Counted from the stretch's first letter, positions 31,146 to 41,429 are shown. The stretch is DNA of 64,000 bases from Promethearchaeota archaeon (GCA_019057865.1 JAHLWP010000003.1:32001-96000); one strand, 5' to 3'. Notes: generated by a model not told the origin, from the sequence alone. Numbers and translations are program-made.

Positions 31146-32057
31146 TTAAAAGATAAGTTTTAATGGTGTTTTTTCTGATATTGATTTTCTTAAAATCCGC
31201 TTTCTGTAATAAGAATTAATACCAGAAATTAAAGCAATTGATGGTACAATACATTTGGCAAATTTAACTGGGCCAAATAAAATGAAATCACTTCCTGCTG
31301 AGGCACAATAAGTCATAAGGGATGCGATCGCACCACACCGGGGTATATCACCATATTTTTTAACAAAATCCCAACCATATATTGCATTAGCAGGAGCAAA
31401 ACCAGTTGGTATTCCTAATTCTTTTTTAACTAATCTTGTTGTTTCAACATTGATTGCAATTGAGGGCAAGTCTAAAACAGCAGTATCAACAATTATATTT
31501 TCTATATTCGCTTTTTGGGCATTAGGTATCAACTTTTCTTGTAGTAAATGCAATTTTTGATGAGGAAAAATATATTTACTTCCAAAATCCAATAATACAG
31601 CACTTCTAACTCCAATATCTTTAATTTTTTCAAGGTTTTCAATAGTTGTATTCTCATCAATACTATTCAAAATCGCTCTATTTAACAATCCTTTTTCTTG
31701 CAATCCTTCCATTGCAGGAATCCTACTTGAATCATTTAAACCATCAACTAAGAATGGACAATCTACAAGATCTGCTATATATTCACATTCTTTTAAAAGT
31801 GCTTCAGGGTAGGCACCTACTACATCAATAATTGCTTGCATTCCATTCTCATCAACTATACTTATAAATTCATTAACTTCCTTTTCAACAATATTTTTAT
31901 CGATTTTTCCCATCTTTTCATCTAATAATGCTTTATGTCTTGCATAAAATACAGTACCAATTAGAACTATTGAATTTTCTCCTGGTTGACCACCTAATTT
32001 TACATTTCCAATTTCTACAATATTTTGCTCTTTTTCAAAATTTAACATAGTTTTCAC
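31146..32057 (-). CDS. mtrH: MtrH/MtgA-family methyltransferase
   Basis: GGQPGEN..VLIGTVFY..H, AILNSI, IVDTAVLD, GFAPANA, GSDFILFGP. Confidence 0.85.
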   Translation of the reverse strand: MKTMLNFEKEQNIVEIGNVKLGGQPGENSIVLIGTVFYARHKALLDEKMGKIDKNIVEKEVNEFISIVDENGMQAIIDVVGAYPEALLKECEYIADLVDCPFLVDGLNDSSRIPAMEGLQEKGLLNRAILNSIDENTTIENLEKIKDIGVRSAVLLDFGSKYIFPHQKLHLLQEKLIPNAQKANIENIIVDTAVLDLPSIAINVETTRLVKKELGIPTGFAPANAIYGWDFVKKYGDIPRCGAIASLMTYCASAGSDFILFGPVKFAKCIVPSIALISGINSYYRKRILRKSISEKTPLKLIF

Positions 32058-32086
32058 TCAATTTCTCTATAATTTAATTTAAATAT

Positions 32087-32800
32087 TTAAGATTTCTTTT
32101 TAGATTTTAATTCTAAATTATCTTTTGATTCAATAGGAATCCCCCTTAATTTTTTAACTTGTTGGTTAATAAGGGTTCCTGTATAAATTATTGATATAAT
32201 AAATTCTGGAATCCATTTATGTAAGAGAAGAACAATAATTGCTGCAATAAAGGAACTTGCGGCACTAATAGAAACATGAATATCATCCCAGTCATATCCT
32301 CTATAATAGAGATAAATTTGAATAAGCATTCTAATTATATTTACAACATAAAAGATTACTGATGAAACAATTAAAGCTTTAGCTTTTCTCCATATTATGT
32401 CTTCGTTTGTAGCTGAATCATGACTATGGGGTGTAAAAATAATAATTCCTGCGAATACGCAAATAGCCTGAACTCCAGTACAAAAAGTCCCAAACCCTAT
32501 AGGAGGTCTTTCTGGAACAATAAATTCCCAGTAATATTCCCCTACAGGTGTATACCCTGTGCTAGCACCCATATCAAAGAATAAATTCAAAAAGAGAACT
32601 GTTTGTTTTACAACAATCTCATGCAACCAGAAGTTAAGCTCTGAATCAAAAAATAAATATATAAGATAAGCGGATACTGGTGCTCCAATAGCAAAAAGAA
32701 TAATAGATCTTACGGAGAAAATATATTTTTTTCCCTCAAATTCTATAATTGGTCTTTTATTTTTTTTACTATTATCCTTCATCAGTCTTTCCTCCATCAT
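32087..32800 (-). CDS. archaeosortase/exosortase family protein (ArtH-like)
   Basis: multi-TM; FCTGVQ (Cys), VNIIRM (Arg), DIHVS (His) catalytic pattern. Confidence 0.8.
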   Translation of the reverse strand: MMEERLMKDNSKKNKRPIIEFEGKKYIFSVRSIILFAIGAPVSAYLIYLFFDSELNFWLHEIVVKQTVLFLNLFFDMGASTGYTPVGEYYWEFIVPERPPIGFGTFCTGVQAICVFAGIIIFTPHSHDSATNEDIIWRKAKALIVSSVIFYVVNIIRMLIQIYLYYRGYDWDDIHVSISAASSFIAAIIVLLLHKWIPEFIISIIYTGTLINQQVKKLRGIPIESKDNLELKSKKKS

Positions 32801-33188
32801 TAATATGTTTTAAATAAAAATTCAATCTGTCTGCGATTATAATGTTGAGTATTACTAATAATGGAATCATAACGATACCAAAATTGTATCTACTCTCTGA
32901 TTTTAAGATTGGAATTGTCAATCCAATACTTAATGAAAACAGTAAATTAATTGCAAAGAATATCCAGATATAAATTCTTTTCTTGGGTATTAGTTTAATA
33001 TGTTCTCTTCTTAATATTTCCAATGTGAAATAACTAATAATTAGTAATATCAGAATAATTATATATCCAAAATAAAGAAAATTTATTACTATGTTTGAAG
33101 ATATCAATAGACCAATTAGAAAAGCTAGTATCAAATTAATTGAATTAACTAACCAGATTATTAACTTTTTTTTGATTAAGAGCTCCAT
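32772..33188 (-). CDS. small four-TM membrane protein
   Basis: four hydrophobic segments; overlaps the start of the archaeosortase gene. Confidence 0.7.
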   Translation of the reverse strand: MELLIKKKLIIWLVNSINLILAFLIGLLISSNIVINFLYFGYIIILILLIISYFTLEILRREHIKLIPKKRIYIWIFFAINLLFSLSIGLTIPILKSESRYNFGIVMIPLLVILNIIIADRLNFYLKHINDGGKTDEG

Positions 33189-33434
33189 AGTTATTATCCT
33201 TAGTGATTTAAAGATGAAAAAACAAATTCATCATAGATATTAAGGTTTTTTTAGAAGAGTTAAAGATTCTATTTATTTAATTCTATTTTTTATTAATTTT
33301 AGATAATGACATAAAATAACTGTTAGATGCCTTTTGTATAGATTTCGGACGATAAACTAAAATTAAATATAATGCTAAACTATTTCTTTAGTATAAAATA
33401 TAAAGAATGGAATTAATAATTTAGGAATCCATTA

Positions 33435-34040
33435 ATGATTCTTGAAGAAAACTCGGCAGAAGACATTCATAGCTTAACTTATACAATACAAAATATAGTT
33501 GTTAAATCCTCTCTAAAATCCTCATTAAATCCTAATTTGGAATTAGATCTAAAGAAATTATCAGAAAATTTAATTAATGCTGAATATAATTCTAATCGTT
33601 TTCCTGGACTTTTTTTAAGACTAAATAATCCTAAATGTGTTACTATTATTTTTAGGAATGGTAAACTAATTTTAACTGGTATAAAATCATTTGGAGATAT
33701 TGATTTATTAATTGATAGGGTTATTTTAGAAGTAACAAATACACTTCAAATTCATATAGAAAAAGAATTGATGAGCACAATGGTAGTAAACATAGTAATT
33801 ACAGCTGATTTTTTTAAAAAAATCAATCTCGATTTAGCTGCTATTAAACTTGAAAACTCTATATACGAACCCGAAGTATTTCCGGGACTTGTATATAATT
33901 GCACTAATCCTGTAAAGTCTTGTTTTTTAATTTTTAGTACAGGAAAAATAGTCTTTACTGGAATTCGTGAAAAAAATCTAATTGAGCCTGCCTTGATTTA
34001 TCTAGGAAAACTAATAAAAAGAAAGGATTTATTTTTATAA
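33435..34040 (+). CDS. tbp: TATA-box-binding protein (divergent paralogue)
   Basis: two repeats: IQNIV..YNSNRFPGL..IFRNGKLILTG and VVNIV..YEPEVFPGLVY..IFSTGKIVFTG. Confidence 0.92.
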   Translation: MILEENSAEDIHSLTYTIQNIVVKSSLKSSLNPNLELDLKKLSENLINAEYNSNRFPGLFLRLNNPKCVTIIFRNGKLILTGIKSFGDIDLLIDRVILEVTNTLQIHIEKELMSTMVVNIVITADFFKKINLDLAAIKLENSIYEPEVFPGLVYNCTNPVKSCFLIFSTGKIVFTGIREKNLIEPALIYLGKLIKRKDLFL

Positions 34041-34150
34041 TTCATATTTGTAAAATTAAAAAATAAAATTTTTTTTAAAGGCTATATTCTTATTTCTTAA
34101 AAAAAGATTGAAAACAATAGCAAATTAAAATAAAAGAGTAGAATTCTATT

Positions 34151-34900
34151 ATGTCAAAAAAAAATCACGAAAAACAAAATTCTGAAGAAAATGAAGATTT
34201 TAGTGAAGAAAAACCTGAAAAAAACAATTCGAATAAAGCAGTAGAGTCTGAAAAGCCAAAAGCTAAATTTACTTTCAAATGCACACAATGTGATACATGT
34301 TGTTTAGCAAGAGGCCCCATTCCAATAACAATCTGGGATTTAGAAATGTGGGCAAGAAATGGCGTAGTTGCTAATTTCTTACCGTATTTAGATGTATTTA
34401 ATAAACCAGATGGTGGCATTGACTTAATACTAAAACCATTAGCGCCCCCTCCAATAGAAGGAGAAAAAGAGGAAGAAGTCAAGAAAGACCCATTTGGAGC
34501 AGTTCCTATAGAAGAATTGCTAAATGTTAAATGTCCATTATATAATAAAGATGATAAAAAATGCTTAATCTATGAGAATCGACCATTGAGTTGTCGTACA
34601 TATCCATTAGAATTTGATGGAAAAAATTTTATAGTTGTGGATGCTGATTGTCCCGGTGTTGGTGTTGGTGAAGGAATGACGAAAGAAGATCTTATAAAAA
34701 TGAGAGAAACAGCAAAAACTATGCATTATGAACTTACGCATATGAGAATTGCTTTACCGGTATTAAACCAAATTATTTCTCAAAAGATAATGATGGATTT
34801 AATGCGACAGAATTTAGAAGCTATGAGCAAAATGAGCGATGAAGATCGCGCCAAATTAGATGACATATTTAAAAAAAATAAAGAACAAGAACAAATTTAA
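34151..34900 (+). CDS. YkgJ family cysteine-cluster protein
   Basis: FKCTQCDTCC...CPLY...CLIYENRPLSCRTYP...CPGVG. Confidence 0.9.
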   Translation: MSKKNHEKQNSEENEDFSEEKPEKNNSNKAVESEKPKAKFTFKCTQCDTCCLARGPIPITIWDLEMWARNGVVANFLPYLDVFNKPDGGIDLILKPLAPPPIEGEKEEEVKKDPFGAVPIEELLNVKCPLYNKDDKKCLIYENRPLSCRTYPLEFDGKNFIVVDADCPGVGVGEGMTKEDLIKMRETAKTMHYELTHMRIALPVLNQIISQKIMMDLMRQNLEAMSKMSDEDRAKLDDIFKKNKEQEQI

Positions 34901-34955
34901 GGTATTATATTTTACTATTTTTTTATTCTTGACATCAAAATATTTGGTTATTATT

Positions 34956-35480
34956 ATGAGAGAATTAAAAGTGGAAAATTCGCTAATTAAATTAATTCAA
35001 GGAGATATAACTGAAATGGAAACGGATGTTATTGTTAATGCTGCTAATGCTCAGCTCATCATGGGTGGTGGGGTAGCGTGGGCAATTAAAAGGATAGGAG
35101 GTCCTAAAATACAAGAAGAATGTAATAAAATAGGTGGTACTTTTCATGGAGGAGCTGTTATAACAACAGGAGGTAATTTAAAAGCTAAACATGTGATACA
35201 TGCTGTGGGTCCAAGAAAAGGGGAAAGAGAAAAAGAGAAAAAATTAAAAAGTGCAACAATAAATAGTTTAAAAATATTGGATAAACATAAATTGAAAACA
35301 ATAGCATTCCCTGCCATTTCTGCAGGGATTTTTGGGAATCCCATCTCTTGGGTTGCGAAAATCATGATTTCTGCTGTAAGGGAGTATTTAAAAGGTGACA
35401 CTCAAATTGAAGAAGTCGTTTTCTGTTTATATACTTCTGATGATTTTGAAGTATTTGAAAAAGAATTAATTATTCCTTAA
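34956..35480 (+). CDS. macro domain protein (ADP-ribose binding/hydrolase)
   Basis: GDIT, IVNAAN, GGGVA, HVIHAVGP, FPAISAGIFG; start set at the MRELKV ATG. Confidence 0.92.
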   Translation: MRELKVENSLIKLIQGDITEMETDVIVNAANAQLIMGGGVAWAIKRIGGPKIQEECNKIGGTFHGGAVITTGGNLKAKHVIHAVGPRKGEREKEKKLKSATINSLKILDKHKLKTIAFPAISAGIFGNPISWVAKIMISAVREYLKGDTQIEEVVFCLYTSDDFEVFEKELIIP

Positions 35481-35576
35481 AGTTAATAGAATACTTATTT
35501 TTTTTATGAAGGTTTAATTTATAATTAGAGGAATAAAAAAATTTTAATTTAAACAGCATCTCATAATTGACTTATA

Positions 35577-38489
35577 ATGAGTGAATATGTATACGTAAAG
35601 TTTTTTGAAGAAGTCCGGAACACAGATGTCCCTTTAGTAGGAGGGAAAAATGCTTCTTTAGGAGAACTTTTAAGTTTTGGAATCCCAGTGCCTTTAGGTT
35701 TTGCGGTAACAGCGAAAGCATATGACTATATATTCGATACAAATTATTTTACAATAAAAGATAAGGAGATTTCCTTAAGACAGTTAATATCAAGAGATAT
35801 TAGAAAGATTTCTAATGAGCTAAAAAGCGAAGATATTAAATCTATCGAAAAAGTCGATAAAATATGTGCTAATGTCCGTTATGTAATAGAGCAAGCTAAA
35901 ATTCCTGATAGTCTAGGAGATGAAATTTTAGATGCCTATCATAAGTTAATAAAGCTAATTGGAGATGAAACAACATTTGCAGTTAGAAGTTCAGCAACCG
36001 CAGAAGATTTACCAGATGCTTCATTCGCAGGACAACAAGATACTCATTTGAATATATCAGGAGAAAAAGAAATATTAGAATATATATTAAAGGATATGGC
36101 ATCAGTTTTCACTACAAGGGCAACCATGTATCGTGAAAGGGCAGGGTTTGATCATTTTGACGTCAAGTTAAGTGTAGGCGTTCAAGAAATGGCAGGAGGT
36201 TTAGGCGGTGTAAAGGCATCAGGGGTGATGTTTACTGAGGATCCAGATTCCGGTAATCCAAATGTCGTTGTTATAAGAGGAACTTGGGGTCTTGGTGAAT
36301 TAATAGTACAAGGAGTAGAAAAAGGTGATGAATTCATTGTTTTTAAGCATGATCCAAAAAAACTCAGAATTATTCGTCGTGAGCTGGTGAAAAAAGAAAA
36401 AATGATGGTCTTCACGAAAGAAACTGGAAAGATTGGGACTGAAATAATATCCGTACCAGAAGAAAAACGGATGCAATATTGTTTAACAGACGTAGAAGTT
36501 TTACAATTAGCAGAATACGCCCAAAAAATAAGAAATCATTATGAAAGAAGGATGGATATAGAATGGGCTGTTGGAAATAATGGTAAAGTATACGTGGTGC
36601 AAGCTCGTCCTGAAACAGTTCATAGTATCAAAGGAGATGTTGAGGAAATCTTTTATCTTCTTGAGAATCCTGAAAAATTGACTAATGAAGAATTATTAAT
36701 CGAGAATACAGGTGTCGCTATTGGAAGAAGAATAGGATATGGAAAAGTTAAAGTAATAGAATCCATTAATGATGCGCATTTTTTAAGAGATGGGGACACT
36801 CTAATAACTGAGGAGACTAATCCAGACTGGACATCTTATATGCAAAATTTAGGTGGTGTAATCACTGAAAGAGGAGGGCCTACTTGTCATGCTGCTATAG
36901 TTTCAAGAGAATTAAATATAGCGTCTATCGTAGGAGCTGATAATATAGTAGAAACAATGAAAGAAAAACAACGTGAAGGTATTGAATATATCACTATTGA
37001 TTGCAGCCAAGGGGAGCCAAGAATCTGGCTAAAAGATGTAGAATATGATTTTGACACAATCGAATTTGCTAAACTCCCTCAAACAAAAACTAAAGTATTA
37101 GTAAATTTGGGAATACCAAAAGGGGCATTATCTTCTGGAAAATATCCCGATGGAACAGGTTTAGCAAGATTAGAATTTATTATTAACGATGAGATTCAAA
37201 TTCACCCAAATGCTTTACTAGATTTTGAAGCTTTAGTCATGAGATATGATATTTTACTAGAACAAAGAAAAAGAATTGAGAATATTAAAAAAAGTGATTT
37301 ATATCATAAAGACCCTTTTAGTCAAGAAATCTTGAAATTAAGAAAAACACTTGACAATATCAGAGAATTAACAGTTGGATATGACAATAAAGAAGAATTT
37401 TATATAGAAAAATTGGCAGAAGGAATTGCTACGATTGCTGCTGGAGTTTGGAAAGAATTACCTGATGGAGATATTGCTGAATGTGTTGTAAGACTTTCAG
37501 ATTTCAAGACTAATGAATATGCGAATCTAATAGGTGGTTGGATTTACGAAGGTGAAGAGAATAATCCAATGCTAGGATTTCGAGGGTGTTCTCGCTATGT
37601 TCATGATGAATTTCAAAATGCATTTATTTTAGAATTAAGAGCGATAAAAAAAGCCAGAGAATGGGGTCTAAAAAATATAATAGCTATGCTTCCATTTTGT
37701 AGAAGCCCAGAAGAAGCTCAAAAAATAATGGATATTATGAAGAGTGAGGGATTAATAAGAGGTCAAGATGGATTAAAAGTATATGTTATGGCTGAAATCC
37801 CATCAAATATTATCTGTGCGGATATATTTAGTCAATATTTTGATGGGTTTAGTATAGGTTCTAATGATCTGACCCAACTTACGTATGGAGTGGGACGAGA
37901 CAACGAAAAAATGATCCCCTTAATGAATTATTATAAGTATAATACAAATAGTGAAGCAATTAAGAGATCAGTGAGCCATTTAATTAAAATTGCTCATGAA
38001 TTTAATAGAAAAGTAGGTATTTGTGGACAAGCCCCAAGTGACGACCCAGATTTTCTTAGATTTCTAGTTCGTGAAGGAATTGATTCTATTTCATTAAATT
38101 TTGATACTTATGCGAGAGGTAGGATAAATACATGGAGAACAGAAATTATCGAAGCAAAACTTGATGAGGAGGAGAGAGCAATGTCTTATGAATTCTTAAG
38201 TGAATGTGATAAATTAATAGAAACAATTAGGATACCTAGGGGTAAACTTCGAAATATGGTAAGAAAACAAAGAAAGGAAGTAATTCCTAGATTAATGGAA
38301 ACTACTGAACGGTTTAATAATATCTTTGATGAAATACAAAAAATTTCTTATGATTTTGTAAAAGAGATTGATAAAGGTAAATTTATTAGTTTCAACGAGT
38401 TATTCAATAAATATCATAGTCAGATCACTGAACATGTAAATGAACTTCCAAATTTACAGCGAAAAATTCGTGAATTTGGTATTTATTAG
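35577..38489 (+). CDS. ppsA: phosphoenolpyruvate synthase
   Basis: VGGKNASLGE, VRSSATAEDLPDASFAGQQ, GGPTCHAAIVSRE, NPMLGFRG, FSIGSNDLTQ, GICGQAPSD. Confidence 0.95.
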   Translation: MSEYVYVKFFEEVRNTDVPLVGGKNASLGELLSFGIPVPLGFAVTAKAYDYIFDTNYFTIKDKEISLRQLISRDIRKISNELKSEDIKSIEKVDKICANVRYVIEQAKIPDSLGDEILDAYHKLIKLIGDETTFAVRSSATAEDLPDASFAGQQDTHLNISGEKEILEYILKDMASVFTTRATMYRERAGFDHFDVKLSVGVQEMAGGLGGVKASGVMFTEDPDSGNPNVVVIRGTWGLGELIVQGVEKGDEFIVFKHDPKKLRIIRRELVKKEKMMVFTKETGKIGTEIISVPEEKRMQYCLTDVEVLQLAEYAQKIRNHYERRMDIEWAVGNNGKVYVVQARPETVHSIKGDVEEIFYLLENPEKLTNEELLIENTGVAIGRRIGYGKVKVIESINDAHFLRDGDTLITEETNPDWTSYMQNLGGVITERGGPTCHAAIVSRELNIASIVGADNIVETMKEKQREGIEYITIDCSQGEPRIWLKDVEYDFDTIEFAKLPQTKTKVLVNLGIPKGALSSGKYPDGTGLARLEFIINDEIQIHPNALLDFEALVMRYDILLEQRKRIENIKKSDLYHKDPFSQEILKLRKTLDNIRELTVGYDNKEEFYIEKLAEGIATIAAGVWKELPDGDIAECVVRLSDFKTNEYANLIGGWIYEGEENNPMLGFRGCSRYVHDEFQNAFILELRAIKKAREWGLKNIIAMLPFCRSPEEAQKIMDIMKSEGLIRGQDGLKVYVMAEIPSNIICADIFSQYFDGFSIGSNDLTQLTYGVGRDNEKMIPLMNYYKYNTNSEAIKRSVSHLIKIAHEFNRKVGICGQAPSDDPDFLRFLVREGIDSISLNFDTYARGRINTWRTEIIEAKLDEEERAMSYEFLSECDKLIETIRIPRGKLRNMVRKQRKEVIPRLMETTERFNNIFDEIQKISYDFVKEIDKGKFISFNELFNKYHSQITEHVNELPNLQRKIREFGIY

Positions 38490-38621
38490 AGTTTTTCTTT
38501 ATCATTTCATTAAGACTTATTTTATAAGTCTATAAAAAATCAAAAAAATTATATTTTAAGAAATATTTCAGAATTAAAACCCATTATTCACTATAATCGT
38601 TATTTTGGGTGATTTTGTTCT

Positions 38622-38903
38622 ATGACAAGGGTAGAAGAATTTAGCAAGGAAGTTAAGGAAGCTTTTGAGAATGTGGACCAGTTATTACAAGGAATGATTA
38701 ATGATCGTTCTGTTCCTAGAAATATAAAAAGAATCTCTCAAAGATGCATTAATGAGTTAAAGAGAGAAGATGAAACTGCTGGCGTTCTTTCGAGCAATAT
38801 AATGTATATGGTTGGTGATCTCTCGCAAGATCCGAACATTCCCTTTCACAGTCGTACAACGATCTACAGAATCCTATCAATTTTAGAAAAGATTAAAGAT
38901 TAG
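38622..38903 (+). CDS. UPF0147 family protein
   Basis: INDRSVPRNIKR...DPNIPFHSRTTIY. Confidence 0.9.
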   Translation: MTRVEEFSKEVKEAFENVDQLLQGMINDRSVPRNIKRISQRCINELKREDETAGVLSSNIMYMVGDLSQDPNIPFHSRTTIYRILSILEKIKD

Positions 38904-39094
38904 TTAAAATTCGTTTTACCTTAAAATACTCTTAAATTTGTGTTTTTTATTTAATTTTTTTTAAAATAAATTTTTCTTGTTGAGAAAGATATTTATTAAA
39001 AACTTTAAATAGAAAAGAATTCAAATATCAAATATAGACTTTAATATATAAAAGATCAATCCATTTTCATAATAATAAGACAGGAGGAGCCTCT

Positions 39095-39724
39095 GTGTCA
39101 AAAATTTGCTCAAAATGTAGATTTAATAATAAGTTTGAAGCTAAATTTTGTGAAAATTGTGGCAGTTCATTATCAGAAGATATATTCGAAATAAAGGAAA
39201 CATTACAAAAAGCAATTATATTTTCTATTTTATGTGTCTCCTGTTTTATTTTCATAATGGTAGTAGCAAACATAGGTATATTCTTAGAAGTAGGAGTACC
39301 TCAAGGGTTTATTGGAATGGTTATTATTTGGCCTATAACGATTTTCCTAATTCTATGGATCATTTATTATCTACGGGGAGGTACTAAAGTAAGAAGATTT
39401 GTAATTTCAAATGATTATATTTTAATCCAAATCCCTGATAGAACAATTTTTCAAATATCTTGGTCAGATTTTAAAACCATTAAAATTGTGAGAAGGGCAA
39501 CATGGGATCTTGTATCTAATACACAAACGAGATATTATAATTTTAATTTTAAAGGAGATACCCATCATAAATCATTTGAAATTGAAGCTGGAAGAGAATT
39601 CTCAGGAAAAGCATTAAAAAAAATAAGAGCTAAATTAGAAGAATTAGCTAATAATAAAGGCATAGAATTTATTTATTTTAAAAAAAAGCCTAAAAAAAGT
39701 AAGGATTTAGAAAATGTAATGTGA
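39095..39724 (+). CDS. zinc-ribbon + two TM + PH-like domain membrane protein
   Basis: CSKC...FCENCG; two TMs; ISWSDFKTI bacterial-PH-like pattern; GGAGG Shine-Dalgarno before GTG. Confidence 0.75.
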   Translation: MSKICSKCRFNNKFEAKFCENCGSSLSEDIFEIKETLQKAIIFSILCVSCFIFIMVVANIGIFLEVGVPQGFIGMVIIWPITIFLILWIIYYLRGGTKVRRFVISNDYILIQIPDRTIFQISWSDFKTIKIVRRATWDLVSNTQTRYYNFNFKGDTHHKSFEIEAGREFSGKALKKIRAKLEELANNKGIEFIYFKKKPKKSKDLENVM

Positions 39725-39829
39725 TAAAAACATTCAAACACTATCTATCTTATTTTAATAATTTAACCCTTTAAATCGTTAGACTTCTATATACATATCC
39801 TTTCCGCCTCTTCTAAGATAATCCATTGC

Positions 39830-39859
39830 TATATGTAGATATACATATATCTACATATA
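39830..39859. repeat. perfect 14-bp inverted repeat
   Basis: TATATGTAGATATA-CA-TATATCTACATATA. Confidence 0.85.
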
Positions 39860-39993
39860 ATTCATTTAATAGGAAGAATAACATTTCATTAATATGAATA
39901 AATTAGAAAAAGTTAAATATTCGTATTAAGAATAATAAAGTGATTTATTGAGTTAAAATCAAATATTAATATTCTTGTTGGTGAAATTTCATA

Positions 39994-40698
39994 ATGGTTT
40001 CTCCAGATGGTTGGATTGATGGTATTACTGCCTCAGGTGTGGTAATTTTTGGTATAATCTTTGGTTTATTCTTTTTTTATGTATCAAGAAAAAGGAAAGC
40101 AAAACTTCTTTTATTTTTAGGTTTAGCTAATTTACTTGCAGGTCTAATGTTTTTAGGAGTGTTTTTAGATTTTTTACTGGTTGTAATAACAGAAAATAAT
40201 ATAGATAATTCGAATGGATTGGTTGGAATTCTTAGTTATATATGGTTTGCTCCCACCGTTATTACTGCGATGTATATTGGTACTGAACTCCTTACGCCAA
40301 AGATGAAATGGTATATAATATCTATAATTGCAATTATTAGTATTATTTTTGAAATTGTTATTTTCATGGATCCCTTAAACGCTTTTTATTTTGACGAACC
40401 GACGACGATCCCACCCGAAAGATTAATTGATTATAATGTTAATTTAGATACTATGGCAGGAATGTTAGTAGGGAGCCTATTACTATCTGTATTAATTTTT
40501 CTTGGAATCGGATTTTTATACAAGGCTTTTCAATCTACAGGTGAAATAAAAAGAAAGTTCTATTTCTTATCACTAGGTTCATTATGTTTTTGCATATTTG
40601 GACTTTTAGAAGGTTTAACTGCTCCAGGTTTTATGGTGATTATCGTAAGAATTGGCTACTTGAGTAGTTTTTGGTTTATGTACGTGGGATTAAGATAA
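39994..40698 (+). CDS. seven-TM membrane protein without cytoplasmic tail
   Basis: 7 hydrophobic segments; similar to the N-terminal parts of the 44633, 45876 and 51010 genes (WFAP, LID loop, STGxxKRK). Confidence 0.85.
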   Translation: MVSPDGWIDGITASGVVIFGIIFGLFFFYVSRKRKAKLLLFLGLANLLAGLMFLGVFLDFLLVVITENNIDNSNGLVGILSYIWFAPTVITAMYIGTELLTPKMKWYIISIIAIISIIFEIVIFMDPLNAFYFDEPTTIPPERLIDYNVNLDTMAGMLVGSLLLSVLIFLGIGFLYKAFQSTGEIKRKFYFLSLGSLCFCIFGLLEGLTAPGFMVIIVRIGYLSSFWFMYVGLR

Positions 40699-40799
40699 GA
40701 ATAGCCAAAAATTCAATCTTTTTTTTTTATATAAAGATTTGCTTCGATTCATAAGGCAATAAAATAATTAAACAAGACTTATGATTAGAAATTAAAATA

Positions 40800-41429
40800 T
40801 TACTTTATTCTTAATAGGAGATATTGGAACATACATCCTGCTCTGTTTCTTGCTAAAACTTTTAAGCCATAAGATTTTATTAATCTCTCAAAATCATCTA
40901 AATTATATTTAAATATCCATGCCATATTTTGAGTTTTATTATCATAAGGATTAGGAATATCGACCATGCATTTTCCGGTTGGTTTAAGTACTCTTATAAT
41001 TTCATCGAATACTTGTTTTACATATTCTAATGGGTAATATTCGAACATCCCTATACACGTTACCCAATCAAAGAATTGATCAGGGTAAGGTAATTGATCT
41101 GCCACACAGACTCGAATATCTTTAATATTAAATTCTAAATTATTTTGGTTAATTTTCTGCTTCAATTGTTCAAGCATTTTTGGAGATTGATCAATTCCAT
41201 AACAGAAGCTTCCTAATTTTGCCATTTCAATTAAGAATGTCCCTGTGCCTGTGGCAATATCTAAAACAACTTCATTAGGTTGTACGTGAACTAATTTTTT
41301 AAAGCCGTTATATTCGTTTAATGCATCTTCACTGCTCCACCATTCTTTATCATAGTTATTAGCATGAGTATCATTATATTGCTTACGAAATTTCTTGATC
41401 TCCTCAATCTTCTTTTCTTTCTCTTTCAT
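40800..41429 (-). CDS. class I SAM-dependent methyltransferase (UbiE-like)
   Basis: VLDIATGTG, GIDQSPKML, LPYPDQFFD, RVLKPTG. Confidence 0.9.
   Translation of the reverse strand: MKEKEKKIEEIKKFRKQYNDTHANNYDKEWWSSEDALNEYNGFKKLVHVQPNEVVLDIATGTGTFLIEMAKLGSFCYGIDQSPKMLEQLKQKINQNNLEFNIKDIRVCVADQLPYPDQFFDWVTCIGMFEYYPLEYVKQVFDEIIRVLKPTGKCMVDIPNPYDNKTQNMAWIFKYNLDDFERLIKSYGLKVLARNRAGCMFQYLLLRIK

Noticed and set aside
28567-32057. Methanogenesis inferred from the MtrH and marker-2-like genes
   Set aside because: There are no mcr or other mtr genes here, and both families occur in non-methanogens
34860-34955. N-terminal extension of the macro domain ORF
   Set aside because: It overlaps the upstream gene's end and T-rich intergenic sequence; homology starts at the ATG at 34956
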